A stretch of 64,000 nt of DNA, taken from the NCBI GenBank assembly GCA_041496385.1, contig JBGQEL010000006.1, forward strand, positions 26,380 to 90,379, in the 5' to 3' direction. Made by a program: the position numbers and the translations under genes. This document shows, in pieces, positions 48,775 to 59,734 of this stretch; positions within the stretch are counted from its first letter, which is position 1; every line of letters begins with the position of its first letter. The notes beneath the pieces were generated by a model, which saw only the letters and a program-made list of their open reading frames with translations, was not told the DNA's origin and searched no databases. Source of the stretch: Candidatus Methylomirabilia bacterium. GTDB lineage: Bacteria; Methylomirabilota; Methylomirabilia; Rokubacteriales; CSP1-6.

Positions 48775-51700
48775 TCAAGCGGAAATCTCGTGTGGTGTTC
48801 CGCCGGCCCGGACGATCATCTCGTCGAACGCGTTCGCCACCTTCGCCTTGAAGTCGGATTCGATCTGGTACATCTCGGTCAGCTCGGCGAACGCCCAGCG
48901 GCCGAGGGTGCGGAGGTTGTTGACGGCGGGCACCCAGTAGGTGTCCATCGTGGCCTTCTTCTCCTTCGCGTCCTCGCGGCGGTAGCCCTTGATCTCGACG
49001 ACCAAGTGCAGGAGGTCGTCGTCGCCGTGCCCGTCGTCCACGAGCACGATGAAGTCGGGCAGATAGCGGCGCATCTCCGAGCCGTAGCGGTACGGCACCT
49101 CGAGGCCGAGGTTGTGGTTCTTCACGTATGCCTTCACTCGGGGGTGTGACTCGGCCACGCGGCACAGCTCTGCCTCCCAGTCGCTGTCCAGTACCACCCA
49201 GTTCACATGACATCGCGTGGCGTCGGTCTGCCAGCGATGCGTCCGGGAGGTGTTGAACCGGACATGCGCGGTGGAGCCCACGGGGTTGTACGCGTCGAGC
49301 ACCGCCTTGATCGGGCGCTCGCCCGCGAACGCCGCCGTGATGGCCGCGGTGATCTTGTTGCACGCCATGTCCGCCAGCTCCTGGTACATGAGCTGCGCCG
49401 GGTAGGTGCCGCCCTTGCACACCAGATGGTTGTCGAGCCATTCCCTGGTGATGCGCTTGAGCTGGCCGAACAGGTGCAGCTTGGGCGCCTCTCCCGCGTC
49501 GCGCCATTTGGTGTAGAGCAGGCGTTGCGTGAGCTGGAAGAGCACAGTGGACGTCCGCGTGTCTTTCAGGTGCTCCAGGCTCAAGTCGACGGCCTGGCCG
49601 ATGATGCCAGGTTCCGGGTGATCGTCGGGCCGACCAGGTCGGGCGTGAGCAGAAGCGTCGACTCCTCGGTGAACCTGGCCGTCAGCCGCTCCTCGGGCAG
49701 CTCCACGCGGTAGCCGGCGACGCGGGGGAAGCGGATCTCCAGCGCGTCGCGGTCGGGCCGTACGGCCTTCACCTGGACCGTTTCGCGAGGTGGCTGGGGC
49801 GGCGCGACGACCGGTTTCGCGTTGAAGTCGAAGGGGATGCCGAGCACGTCGGCGTACTCGACGTTGAACAGTCCCTCTTCGTTCAGGTCGTACGATTGCC
49901 GGCGCAGCGCGCGGCCGATCACCTGCTCGCAGAGGAGCTGGGTGCCGAAGGCGCGGACGCCGAGGACGTGGGTCACCGTGTTGGCGTCCCAGCCTTCGGT
50001 GAGCATGGACACGGACACCACGCAGCGGATGGCGCCACCGAGGCTGCCGTGGCGGCCGACGGTGTTCATCACCTCGCGTAGCAGCTCCTGATCGGTCAGG
50101 TTGTCCGCCGCACGGCGATCGCCCGTGCGCTCGACGATCTCGCGGCGGAAGCGGTCGATCTCGTCGGCCGCCATGCCGCGGAAGTCGTCGTCGAGCGCCT
50201 CCCCGCTCTCGAGCTGCTCGCTGTCGATGAGCAGCGTGTTGGGGCGCGGAAGCGGGTTGCCGTGCTCGTCGAAGTTACGGAAGAGAGCGAGGCGCCCGTT
50301 CTCCAGCGTGCTGGAGCCGTCCTCGGTCTGCCGCTGGAAGCCGGAGATGAAGTCGTAGACCAGCTTGGACGTCGAGGTGTTGTTGCAGACGATGATGAAG
50401 CAGGGAGGCACCGAGATCCGCGCCTCTTCCCACAGCTTGAAGGTTTTCTCGTAGTGGCCGTAGAGCGCTTGCAGGGCCGTCTGGAGGCGGGCTGGAAGCG
50501 CCAAGGGGTCGAGCGACTCCGATTTGCCCCTCCCCTTCTTCGGCATGTCCTTGCGGATGTTCTCCCAGAGGTTGCGGAACATCGGCATGTCGTCGCCGGG
50601 GATGTTCTCCGCCACGGGGACACGTGGCAGCTTCACGATGCCGCACTCGATGGCGTCCATGAGCGAAAAGTCGCTCATCGTCCACGGGAACAGCGTTCCC
50701 TCGGCGTAGCCGGAGCCGCGGAGGAAGAACGGGGTGGCCGAGAGGTCGATCACGGGCGCGAGCCCGAGCTTGCGGTTCACCGCTTCCAGCCCGGAGATCC
50801 AGAGGCGGGCCGCCTCGTTGTTCCGCTCGGCTTCCTTGCGATCGTCGCCCCTCAGATCGTCGTCCTCGTCCTCCTCGCGAGGCTTCTCGCGGTAGCAGTG
50901 GTGCGCCTCGTCGTTCAGGGCCAGGATGTTCTTCAGCCCCATGAGCTCCGGCATGACGCGCTGGAGCATCTGCCCCTCGGTCTCCAGCGTTTCCAGCTCC
51001 CCGCCGACACGCCCCTGGAGGAGCGCCCGCCCTCCCTTGGAGAGGTCCACCTGCTCGCGGCGCTTGAAGCTGTGGTAATTCGTGATGACGATCTTGGCCT
51101 TCTTGACGTCCTCGAGCATGTCGCCCGGCACCAGCTCGCGGCTCGCGTAGTAGCTGTCGGGGTCGCTCGGGTAGAGCACGCGCAGGCGGTCCTTGATCGT
51201 GATCCCAGGCGTGACGACGAGGAAGCCGCGGGTGAAACGCTTGCTCTGCGGCCGGCGGACGGCGTTGACCGCCTGCCAGGCGATGAGCATGGCCATGACG
51301 GTCGTCTTGCCGGCGCCGGTCGCCAGCTTGAGCGCCAGGCGCATCAGCTCCGGGTTGGCGTCGTTGTTCGCGTTCACCAGGTGCTCGAGGAACCCCTTCC
51401 CTTGCCTCTCGTTCGGTGCCACTTCGCTGAGCCAGATCGCGGTCTCCACCGCCTCGATCTGGCAGAAGAAGGGCCGGACGCCGGTGAACTCGTGATGTCG
51501 CCAGTGCTGCAGCAGTCGCGCCGTCTCCGGCGTCACGCCCCAGGCATTCGGGCTCGCGATGGCGCGCCACTGGTCGACGCGGCGGCGCAGCTCGCCGATG
51601 ATCGGCGTCGGGTCGTATTGTTGCGTGGCGGTCGAGACGCCTGCTCCCTCGTCGAACACCAACCGCTCCTGCCCCTTGCTTTTCTTGTGCTTTCTTGGCT

Positions 51701-51845
51701 TCGGGATGGGCGTGATGAACTTGGCGGTCCGACGCGCCTCGACGATCTGCCCGGTAGGCTGGCCGTCCTCGTCGAGCTCCCAGTGGCGGCCGGGGTGCGC
51801 GTAGGGGGAGTTGAGGATCGGCCGCTCGAAGAAGCCGCTGTCCAT
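48775..51845 (-). pseudogene. Type III restriction Res subunit (helicase plus PD-(D/E)xK nuclease), frameshifted near 49610
   Basis: FCQ.EA.ET, ATGAGKT, DEAHH, SATP, EGWD, Q..GR..R; C-terminal PDF...EIKG in the next frame. Confidence 0.9.
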
Positions 51846-51899
51846 GGTCAGAATGTATGCTTTGACGACACTCGCGTCACGATCTTTTGGTGGGCGAGT

Positions 51900-51922
51900 T
51901 TGCACCCGCTCGCCGGGTGCAA
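51900..51922. terminator. Hairpin downstream of gcvPB
   Basis: TTGCACCCG-N5-CGGGTGCAA; no clear U-tract. Confidence 0.35.
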
Positions 51923-51946
51923 CAGAGCTGCGGCCAGAAGCCAGCG

Positions 51947-53410
51947 CTAAGCCCGGCGCGTCCACATCAGGTCGGGCTCGCGCGCGGCCTTGGTCTGGTC
52001 GAGGCGGCCGACGGGCGTCGTCACCGGCGCGTCGTGGATCACGGAGGCGTTCGATTCCGCCTCGCGCGCGATCTGGATCATCGCGTCGCAGAACTGGTCG
52101 AGTGTCTCCTTCGCTTCCGTCTCCGTCGGCTCGATCATCAGCGCTTCCTCGACGATGAGCGGGAAATACGTCGAGGGCGCGTAGAAGCCAAGATCGAGAA
52201 GTCGTTTGGCAATATCAGTAGCTGTGACACCGAGTTTCTTTTGACGACGAGCGGACAGAACGCACTCGTGCATGCAGGCGCCCGGGACAGCCACGTCATA
52301 GTCCTTCTCGAGGCGCTTCATGATGTAGTTGGCGTTCAGGATCGCGTTGTCGGAGACGCTGCGGAGCCCGTCGGGCCCCATGGTGCGGATGTAGGTGTAG
52401 GCGCGCACGAGCATGCCGAAGTTGCCCCAGAAGGCCTGGAGCTTGCCGATCGACTTCGGCCGCTTCCAGTCGAGCGCGTAGGCGTCGCCGTCCTTGGTGA
52501 CGACGGGCACGGGGAGGAACGGCTCCAGATGCGCCTTGACGCCGACCGGGCCGGCGCCGGGGCCGCCGCCGCCGTGCGGGGTCGTGAAGGTCTTGTGCAG
52601 GTTGAAGTGGCAGACGTCGAAGCCGAGGTCGCCCGGGCGCGTGATGCCGAGGATGGCGTTGAGGTTCGCGCCGTCCATGTAGACCTGGGCGCCCTTGGCG
52701 TGACACATCTCGGTGATCTCGACGATCCGCGGCTCGAACATGCCGAGCGTGTTCGGCACGGTGATCATGAACGCGGCCACGTCGCTGTCGAGATGCCGCG
52801 CCAGCTCGCCGAGGTCCACCTGGCCGTTCGCCTGCGACTTCACCTCGACGACCTCGTAGCCGGCGATCGCGGTGGAGGCGGGATTGGTCCCGTGAGCCGA
52901 GTCGGGCACGAGGACTTTCGTTCGCTTCTCGCCGCGCGAGAGGTGATAGGCGCGGATCATCAGCACGCCCGTGAACTCGCCCTGGGCGCCGGCCGCGGGC
53001 TGGAGCGAGGCCGCGTCCATCCCGGCGATCTCGGCCAGGTCCCGCGCCAGCTCGTGCATCAGCTGGAGCGCGCCCTGCGAGAGCGCCTCGGGCGCCAGCG
53101 GGTGTAGTCGCGCGAAGCCCGGCAGGCGCGCCATGTCCTCGTTGAGCTTCGGGTTGTACTTCATCGTGCAGGAGCCGAGCGGGTAGAAGTGCGTGTCCAC
53201 GCCGTAGTTCATGCGCGAGAGCCGCGAGTAGTGGCGGACGACGTCGAACTCGGAGACCTCCGGCAGCGCGGGGGCGTCCTTCCGGAGGTGCTTGGCCGGG
53301 AGCAGCTTCCGGACGTCGGCCTCGGGCACGTCGGCCTGGGCGAGCGAGAAGGCCTCGCGTCCCGGCGAGGAGAGCTCGAAGACCAGCTTGTCGTAGGCGC
53401 CTGCGCGCAT
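51947..53410 (-). CDS. gcvPB: Glycine dehydrogenase subunit 2
   Basis: [43 protein letters not shown]. Confidence 0.96.
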   Translation of the reverse strand: MRAGAYDKLVFELSSPGREAFSLAQADVPEADVRKLLPAKHLRKDAPALPEVSEFDVVRHYSRLSRMNYGVDTHFYPLGSCTMKYNPKLNEDMARLPGFARLHPLAPEALSQGALQLMHELARDLAEIAGMDAASLQPAAGAQGEFTGVLMIRAYHLSRGEKRTKVLVPDSAHGTNPASTAIAGYEVVEVKSQANGQVDLGELARHLDSDVAAFMITVPNTLGMFEPRIVEITEMCHAKGAQVYMDGANLNAILGITRPGDLGFDVCHFNLHKTFTTPHGGGGPGAGPVGVKAHLEPFLPVPVVTKDGDAYALDWKRPKSIGKLQAFWGNFGMLVRAYTYIRTMGPDGLRSVSDNAILNANYIMKRLEKDYDVAVPGACMHECVLSARRQKKLGVTATDIAKRLLDLGFYAPSTYFPLIVEEALMIEPTETEAKETLDQFCDAMIQIAREAESNASVIHDAPVTTPVGRLDQTKAAREPDLMWTRRA

Positions 53411-54759
53411 CAGGCCACCGCCTTCTCGAGCGCGGCGGCGAAGGCGTCGATCTCGGCCTTCGTGCGCTTCTCGGTCACCGCGACGAGCAGACAATCGGCG
53501 AGGCTGCGGTCGAAGGTCTTGAGCGGGACGCCCGCGAGGATCCCCTGCCTGGCGAGCTTCGCCACGACGCGCTCCGGCGACTTCGCGAGCTTGAGCGCGA
53601 ACTCCTTGAAGAAGGGCGCGCCGAACCTGAGCGAGACGCCGGGCACCTTCGCCAGGCGCTCGGCCGCGTAGTGGGCTTTCGCCGTCGAGAGCTCGCCGAC
53701 GCGCACGAGCCCGCGGCGGCCCAGCGTCGCGAGGTAGATCGTTGCCATGAGGGCGCAGAGCGCGACGTTCGTGCAGATGTTCGAGGTCGCCTTCTCGCGC
53801 CGGATGTGCTGCTCGCGCGTCTGGAGCGTCAGCACGAAGCCGCGCCCGCCGTCCTTGTCCACCGTGGCGCCGACGAGGCGGCCCGGCATCCGGCGCACGA
53901 GGGCCTTCTTCGCGGCGAAGACGCCCAGGTTCGGACCGCCGAAGCTCATCGGCACGCCGAGCCCCTGCCCTTCCCCGACGACGATATCGGCGCCGAGCGT
54001 TCCAGGCGCCTCGAGCACGCCGAGGTTCACGGGGTCCGCGACGACGACCAGGAGGGCGCCGGCCGCGTGGGCGATCTCGGCCGCCGCCGCGACGTCCTCA
54101 AGGCAGCCGTAGAAGTTGGGCGTCTGGATCACGAGCGCGGCGGTCTTGGCGCCGACGAGCTTCTTCGCCGCCGCCAGGTCGGTGGCGCCGTCGGGCGCGG
54201 CGGCGTCGCGCAGCCGGATGCCGGGACCCTCGCAGTAGGTCGCGGTGACGCGCCGGTAGAGCGGGTTCACACCGCGCGAGAGCACGAGCTCGCGGCGGTC
54301 GGTGACGGCGTGGGCCATGAGCGCGGCCTCGGCGAGCGAGGAGGCGCCGTCGTAGATGGACGCGTTCGCCACGTCCATGCCTGTCAGCTCGGCGATCATC
54401 GTCTGGTACTCGTAGATGGTCCTCAGCGTCCCCTGGCTGGCCTCGGGCTGGTAGGGCGTGTACGCCGTCAGGAACTCGCCGCGGGAGATCATGTGGTTGA
54501 TCGGGCTCGGCGTGTAGTGGTCGTACGAGCCCGCACCCATGAAGCAGACGTGGCCGTCGGCGTCCGCGTTCCGCGCCGCGAGCCCCTTCAGGTGGCGGAT
54601 CAGGTCCGTCTCGGCCAGCGCCGGCGTCAGGCCGAGCGGGCGGGACAGGCGCGCCTTGGCGGGGATGGCGACGAGCAGCTCCTCGACGGAGGCCGCGCCG
54701 ATCACGCCGAGCATCTGCTTCTGCTCGGCCGCCGTGTTGGCGATGTAGCGCGAGGGCAT
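53410..54759 (-). CDS. gcvPA: Glycine dehydrogenase subunit 1
   Basis: [32 protein letters not shown]. Confidence 0.96.
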   Translation of the reverse strand: MPSRYIANTAAEQKQMLGVIGAASVEELLVAIPAKARLSRPLGLTPALAETDLIRHLKGLAARNADADGHVCFMGAGSYDHYTPSPINHMISRGEFLTAYTPYQPEASQGTLRTIYEYQTMIAELTGMDVANASIYDGASSLAEAALMAHAVTDRRELVLSRGVNPLYRRVTATYCEGPGIRLRDAAAPDGATDLAAAKKLVGAKTAALVIQTPNFYGCLEDVAAAAEIAHAAGALLVVVADPVNLGVLEAPGTLGADIVVGEGQGLGVPMSFGGPNLGVFAAKKALVRRMPGRLVGATVDKDGGRGFVLTLQTREQHIRREKATSNICTNVALCALMATIYLATLGRRGLVRVGELSTAKAHYAAERLAKVPGVSLRFGAPFFKEFALKLAKSPERVVAKLARQGILAGVPLKTFDRSLADCLLVAVTEKRTKAEIDAFAAALEKAVA

Positions 54760-55151
54760 CAATGGCCTCCCTTGGCGAGAAACTCCTCGTATTGCGGCGC
54801 CGTCAGGAGCTGGTCCCACTCCGTCTTGCTCGACGGCTTGACGACGATCATCCAGCCCTTGCCGTAGGGGTCCTGGTTGACGGTCTCGGGCTTGTTCGGC
54901 AGCTCACCGTTGATCTCGACGACCTCGCCCGAGACCGGCGCGAAGAGATCGGAGACCGCCTTGACCGACTCGACGACGCCGAAGTTCTTGCTCGCCACCA
55001 CCTTGGCGCCGACCTTCGGCAGCTCGACGAAGACGACATCGCCGAGCTGCTCCTGCGCGTACGCGGTGATGCCGACGCGCACCCGGTCGCCTTCCTGCCT
55101 CGCCCATTCGTGCTCGCGCGTGTAGCGCAGGTCCTTGGGAACGTTGGCCAT
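54759..55151 (-). CDS. gcvH: Glycine cleavage H protein
   Basis: HEW, GIT.YAQ..LGD, VESVKAVSD (lipoyl Lys), DPY..GW. Confidence 0.97.
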   Translation of the reverse strand: MANVPKDLRYTREHEWARQEGDRVRVGITAYAQEQLGDVVFVELPKVGAKVVASKNFGVVESVKAVSDLFAPVSGEVVEINGELPNKPETVNQDPYGKGWMIVVKPSSKTEWDQLLTAPQYEEFLAKGGH

Positions 55152-55153
55152 GG

Positions 55154-56260
55154 CTATGCCTTTTTTACTCGTGAGGGATAGAACGGCGTCTTGACCACGC
55201 GCGCCGGCTTGGCCTGACCGCGGATTTCCACGTCGAGCGCCGTGCCCACGGCGGCGAGCGCGGTCTCGACGTACGCCATCGCGATGTACTTGTCGACGGC
55301 GGGCCCGTAGGAGCCCGAGGTCACGACGCCGACCCCGCGGCCGTCCTTCAGTACCGGATAGCCGTGGCGCGCCACGGCGCGCTCGGCCATCTCGATACCG
55401 ACGAGCTTGCGCTGGAGCCCCTCGTCGCGGATCTTCTCGAGCGCGTCCTTGCCGATGAAATCGCCCTTGGCCGGCTTGACGACCCAGCCGAGCCCCGCCT
55501 CGAGGGCGTTGGTGCTGTCGTCGATGTCGTTGCCGTAGAGCGCGTACTTCATCTCGAGCCGGAGCGTGTCGCGCGCGCCGAGCCCGATGGGCGCCACGCC
55601 GTCGGCGCGGCCCGCCTCCATGAGCGCGCTCCAGAGCTTCTCGGTGTGGTCCGCCGGCGCGTAGAGCTCGAAGCCGTCCTCGCCCGTGTAGCCGGTGCGC
55701 GAGATCAGCGCCGGCACCCCCGCGACCGTGCCGCGCGCGAAGCGGTAGTAGCCGATCGCCGTCACGTCCCGGTCGGCGAGGCGCCCCACGAGCGCCTCGG
55801 CCTTCGGCCCCTGCACGGCGATGAGCCCCGTTCCCTCGGAGGCGTTGCGCCAGCGCGCGTCCTTGCCCGGATGCTCGTTCACCCAGGCCCAGTCCTTGTC
55901 GATGTTCCCGGCGTTGACCGTGAGCATGTAGCGCTCGTCGCCGACGCGGTAGACGGTCAGGTCGTCCACGACCGTACCGTTGGGATAGCAGAGCACGGAG
56001 TACTGGATCTGGCCGGGCTGGAGCGAGGCGACGTCGTTGGTGGTGAGGTGCTGGAGCGCCGCCAGCGCGCCGGGGCCCTCGACGTCGAACTCGCCCATGT
56101 GGCTCACGTCAAAGAGCCCGACGGCGGTCCGCACGGCGCGGTGCTCCTCGACGATGCCGGTGTACTGCACCGGCATCTCCCAGCCGCCGAACGGCACCAT
56201 GCGGGCGCCGGCCTTGACGTGCGCGTGGTAGAGCGGAGTGCGCTTCAGCGGCGTGGCCAC
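55154..56260 (-). CDS. gcvT: Aminomethyltransferase (T protein)
   Basis: [36 protein letters not shown]. Confidence 0.97.
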   Translation of the reverse strand: MATPLKRTPLYHAHVKAGARMVPFGGWEMPVQYTGIVEEHRAVRTAVGLFDVSHMGEFDVEGPGALAALQHLTTNDVASLQPGQIQYSVLCYPNGTVVDDLTVYRVGDERYMLTVNAGNIDKDWAWVNEHPGKDARWRNASEGTGLIAVQGPKAEALVGRLADRDVTAIGYYRFARGTVAGVPALISRTGYTGEDGFELYAPADHTEKLWSALMEAGRADGVAPIGLGARDTLRLEMKYALYGNDIDDSTNALEAGLGWVVKPAKGDFIGKDALEKIRDEGLQRKLVGIEMAERAVARHGYPVLKDGRGVGVVTSGSYGPAVDKYIAMAYVETALAAVGTALDVEIRGQAKPARVVKTPFYPSRVKKA

Positions 56261-56272
56261 GGGCGACCTAGT

Positions 56273-56686
56273 CTACCGCACCGAGTAGCCGCGCCCCTGC
56301 ATGCACGCGGCGTACGCGTTGTCGTACCCGTCCTTGGTCTTCGAGTACTGGTACGCGCCGCCGCCGACCGCGCCGCCGACGCCGCCGATGACGGCGCCCG
56401 TGGCCGCGCCGCGCCCGGCGCCCGTCCCCGTCGCCGCGCCCACCGCCGCGCCGAGGGCCGCGCCGCCCACGGCGCCGAGGACCAGGCCGACGCCCGCGCC
56501 CTTGGCCGTCTCGGTCGCGGGGTCGAAGCCCGACTGCTGCTTGGCCCAGGTCCCGCACTCGTTCGTGTCCCGCGCCTGCTGGTCGGCGCCCTGGCCCTTC
56601 ATCGGGTACGCGGCGGAGGGCTGCGAGGACGACGCGCAGCCGGCGAGCATCAACATCGCGAGCACGGCCGACGAGATCTTCTTCAC
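56273..56686 (-). CDS. Glycine-zipper lipoprotein
   Basis: Lipobox LAGC, QQ..D..EC, GxxxG repeats, ACM..RGY.V. Confidence 0.85.
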   Translation of the reverse strand: MKKISSAVLAMLMLAGCASSSQPSAAYPMKGQGADQQARDTNECGTWAKQQSGFDPATETAKGAGVGLVLGAVGGAALGAAVGAATGTGAGRGAATGAVIGGVGGAVGGGAYQYSKTKDGYDNAYAACMQGRGYSVR

Positions 56687-57474
56687 GCTGTCTTCTCCTT
56701 TGGCAGCCAGTCGCGGAGCGGCTTGACCGTGGCGCCCGCCTTCACGAGCCCCTCGCGCACGGCCGCCACGATCTTCTCCGCGCCCGGGCTGTCGCCGTGG
56801 ATGCAGATGGTCTCCACGTTGACGTCGATCACCTTGCCGGTGATCGTCCGCACCTTGCCTTCCATGACCATGCGCACCGCCTGGTCGGCGGCCTTGGCCG
56901 GATCGCTCACGAGCGCGTCCTTGCCGAGCTTGCGCGAGACGAGCTGGGCGTCGTCGGCATAGACGCGGTCGGCGAAGCCCTCCGCGGCGACGCGAAGCCC
57001 CTTCACCTTGCGCGCCTCGGCGTCGTACCTGGTCATCGCCATCGTCATCAGGATCAGGCTCGGGTCCAGCTCGAGCACCTGCTCGCCGGTGGCGCGCGCC
57101 AGCGGCAGCGTCTCCTCGAACATGTGGTACTGGATGCCGTGCGGCTTGACGTGCTGGAGCCTCGATCCCGCTGCGTGGACGAACGCGCCGAGCGCGCCCG
57201 TCTGGTAGCGGTGGTAGTCCTTCAATTCCTGCGGGCTGACGTCCATGCGCCGCCGGCCGAAGCCCATGAGGTCGGGCAGCCCCGGGTGCGCGCCGATCGC
57301 GACGCCGTGCTGGAGCGCCAGCTCGACGGTCTTGCGCATCACGTGCGGGTCGCCGCCGTGAAAGCCGCAGGCGACGTTGGCCGAGGTGATGTGCGGCATG
57401 ACTTCCTCGTCGGCGCCGAGGGTCCAGCGCCCGTAGCTCTCGCCCATGTCGCAGTTGATGTCGATGTGTTTCAT
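56683..57474 (-). CDS. pxpA: 5-oxoprolinase subunit A (LamB/YcsF)
   Basis: DINCDMGES, ANVACGFH.GD, GAHP, HVKPHG, TICIHGD. Confidence 0.92.
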   Translation of the reverse strand: MKHIDINCDMGESYGRWTLGADEEVMPHITSANVACGFHGGDPHVMRKTVELALQHGVAIGAHPGLPDLMGFGRRRMDVSPQELKDYHRYQTGALGAFVHAAGSRLQHVKPHGIQYHMFEETLPLARATGEQVLELDPSLILMTMAMTRYDAEARKVKGLRVAAEGFADRVYADDAQLVSRKLGKDALVSDPAKAADQAVRMVMEGKVRTITGKVIDVNVETICIHGDSPGAEKIVAAVREGLVKAGATVKPLRDWLPKEKTA

Positions 57475-58802
57475 TTTTCCCCTCTCGCCACCACGCGCGC
57501 CAGCGCGTTGATGAACCGGTCGATGTCCTCGTCGGTCATCGCGAGCGAGCAGGCGCCGAGGCCCCGCTGCGTGAGGACGATGCCCTCGTTCAGGAGGCCC
57601 AGGAAGACCCGCAGCGCCACGTCCGCATCCTTGGGCCGCGCCGAGCGGTAGTCGCCGAGCGTCTCCGACGTCCAGTGCAGCCAGAAGAGCGAGCCCGCGC
57701 CCGTCACCTGGCCGCGCCGACGCGTCCCCGCGAGGAGCCGCGTGACGCCGCCGCGCAGCCGCTCGCCGAGCGCATCGAGCCGCGCGTACGCCTCGGGCGT
57801 GAGCGCGTTCAGCGTCGCGACGCCCGCGGCCATCGTCACCGGGTTGGCGTTGAACGTCCCGCCGTGGCTGATGCGCGCGGCGCCCTTGCGCGGATCGTAG
57901 GCGTTCATGACGTCGGCGCGGCCGCCGAAGGCGCCGACGGCGAGGCCGCCACCGATGATCTTGCCGAACGTGGTGAGATCCGGCCGGATCCCGAAGCGCT
58001 CCTGGGCGCCGCCCGGTCCGACACGGAACGAGATCACCTCGTCGAAGACCAGCACGATCCCGTGCCGCTCGGTGAGCGCGCGCAGCCGCGGCAGGAAGCC
58101 CTCGGCGGGGGCCAGCAGACCGGCGTTGCACATCATCGGGTCGACGATGAGGCAGGCGAGGTTCGCCGCCTCCGCCTCGAGGATCTGCTCGCACGCCTCG
58201 GGATCGTTCCAGGGCAGGACGACGACGTGCTTCAGGACGGCCGGCGGCAGGCCCGCCGACCAGGCGACCGACTTCGGCCGCTTGCGGCTCCCGCCCCCCT
58301 TGGGATCGCCGCTCACGCTCACCATCACCCAGTCGTGGGTGCCGTGGTAGGCGCCCTCGAACTTGGCGATCTTGGGCCGGCCGGTGAAGGCGCGCGCCAG
58401 GCGCACCGCGTTCATCGTCGCCTCGGTGCCGGAGTTGGTGAAGCGCAGGCTCTCGACCGACGGCACACGGCGCTTGAGCATCTCGGCGAGCCGGATCTCG
58501 TGCTCCGTCGGGCCCGGGAACGACAGGCCCAGCGCCGCCGTCTCCTGCGCCGCCTTCACGACGTCCGGGTGGGCGTGGCCGAGGATGAGGCTCGTGTAGT
58601 TGCCGTTCAGGTCGAGGCGGTCGTTGCCGTCGGCGTCCCAGATGTGGGCGCCCTGACCGCGCTGGATGTAGAACGGGTACGGGTCGAAGAAGGTCGTGGT
58701 CCGGCTGTTGCCGCCGGGCATGACCGCCAGCGCCTCCTCGTGGAGCGCGCGCGAACGGCTGGTCTTGGCGGAATACTCGGCAACCTCTTTCTCGACACTC
58801 AT
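57471..58802 (-). CDS. Class III aminotransferase (GSA aminomutase-like)
   Basis: MPGG, NSGTEA, KFEG.YHG, FDEV, GKIIGGG, GTFN.NP. Confidence 0.88.
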   Translation of the reverse strand: MSVEKEVAEYSAKTSRSRALHEEALAVMPGGNSRTTTFFDPYPFYIQRGQGAHIWDADGNDRLDLNGNYTSLILGHAHPDVVKAAQETAALGLSFPGPTEHEIRLAEMLKRRVPSVESLRFTNSGTEATMNAVRLARAFTGRPKIAKFEGAYHGTHDWVMVSVSGDPKGGGSRKRPKSVAWSAGLPPAVLKHVVVLPWNDPEACEQILEAEAANLACLIVDPMMCNAGLLAPAEGFLPRLRALTERHGIVLVFDEVISFRVGPGGAQERFGIRPDLTTFGKIIGGGLAVGAFGGRADVMNAYDPRKGAARISHGGTFNANPVTMAAGVATLNALTPEAYARLDALGERLRGGVTRLLAGTRRRGQVTGAGSLFWLHWTSETLGDYRSARPKDADVALRVFLGLLNEGIVLTQRGLGACSLAMTDEDIDRFINALARVVARGEK

Positions 58803-59734
58803 GCGGTCTCCTCTCTGATCACTCCCTCGAGGGTTGCGTTCCACTCGTGCAGCAGCCGGTGCGCCTCGTCCACGGTGACCGCGCGGAACCGCACGGACTG
58901 GCCGGGCTTGACCTGGGCGATGCGGCCGACGTCGAACGAGCACACTGTCGCCAGCTTCGTGTAGCCGCCCGTGGACTGCCGGTCCACCAGCAGCACGATG
59001 GGCTGGCCGTCGCCGGGCACCTGGATGGAACCGAGCGCGATGCCGTCGGAGATGATGTCGTGGCCGCGCGCGTGCGCGATGCGCGGTCCGCGCAGGCGCG
59101 CGCCCATGCGGTCGGACTGCGGCAGCATCTCGTAGGCGTTGCCGAGGAGAGCGCCGATGCCCTCTCGGGTGAAGCGATCGGCCTGCGGCCCCAGCACCGC
59201 GCGCAGCGTGGGCTCGCCGCCGTAGACGGGCACGGCCCGCGGGTCCACGCGGCGCGCGCGCGGCGCCGGGGCGGCGAGCGTGCCGAGCCGGTCGTCCTTG
59301 CGGAGCGCGCGCCCCTGCAGGCCGCCGAGCCGCCCGCGCAGATACGTCGCGCGCGAGCCCATCACGAGCGGCACGTCGAGGCCACCCGCGACGGCGACGT
59401 AGGCGCGCACGCCCGAGCGCGCGGGGCCGAGCTTCACGACGTCGCCGGCCTCGAGCGCGACCGTGGCCCAGCGCGGCGCCTCGGCGCCGTTGATCGTGAA
59501 GGGCATGTCGGCGCCGGTGACGGCGACGGCGCACGCGGCCTCCGCCTCGAAGCGCGGGCCGATCAGCGTGCACTCGAGCGCGGCCGCGCCGTCGGGATTT
59601 CCCGCGAGCCGGTTGGCCACCACGAACGCGAAGCGGTCGACCGGGCCCGACGGCGGGATGCCGTAGCGGAGCTGGCCCGTGCGCCCCGCGTCCTGCACCG
59701 TCGTCTGCGGCCCCGGGTCCAGGATGCGGATCAC
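58799..59734 (-). CDS. pxpC: 5-oxoprolinase subunit C (KipA/AHS2)
   Basis: QD.GR, GS..T, DRMG, G.IQVP.DG.P, QSTGGY. Confidence 0.9.
   Translation of the reverse strand: MIRILDPGPQTTVQDAGRTGQLRYGIPPSGPVDRFAFVVANRLAGNPDGAAALECTLIGPRFEAEAACAVAVTGADMPFTINGAEAPRWATVALEAGDVVKLGPARSGVRAYVAVAGGLDVPLVMGSRATYLRGRLGGLQGRALRKDDRLGTLAAPAPRARRVDPRAVPVYGGEPTLRAVLGPQADRFTREGIGALLGNAYEMLPQSDRMGARLRGPRIAHARGHDIISDGIALGSIQVPGDGQPIVLLVDRQSTGGYTKLATVCSFDVGRIAQVKPGQSVRFRAVTVDEAHRLLHEWNATLEGVIREETA

Noticed and set aside
49595..49625. Programmed frameshift or phase variation in res
   Set aside because: No homopolymer, simple repeat or slippery heptamer at the site
45400..51946. att-like repeats at the defence island ends (GCTGCGGC, CAGCGCT)
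   Set aside because: Only 7-8 bp and GC-rich, so expected by chance
56261..56275. Glycine riboswitch upstream of gcvT
   Set aside because: Only 12 bp separate gcvT from the upstream gene
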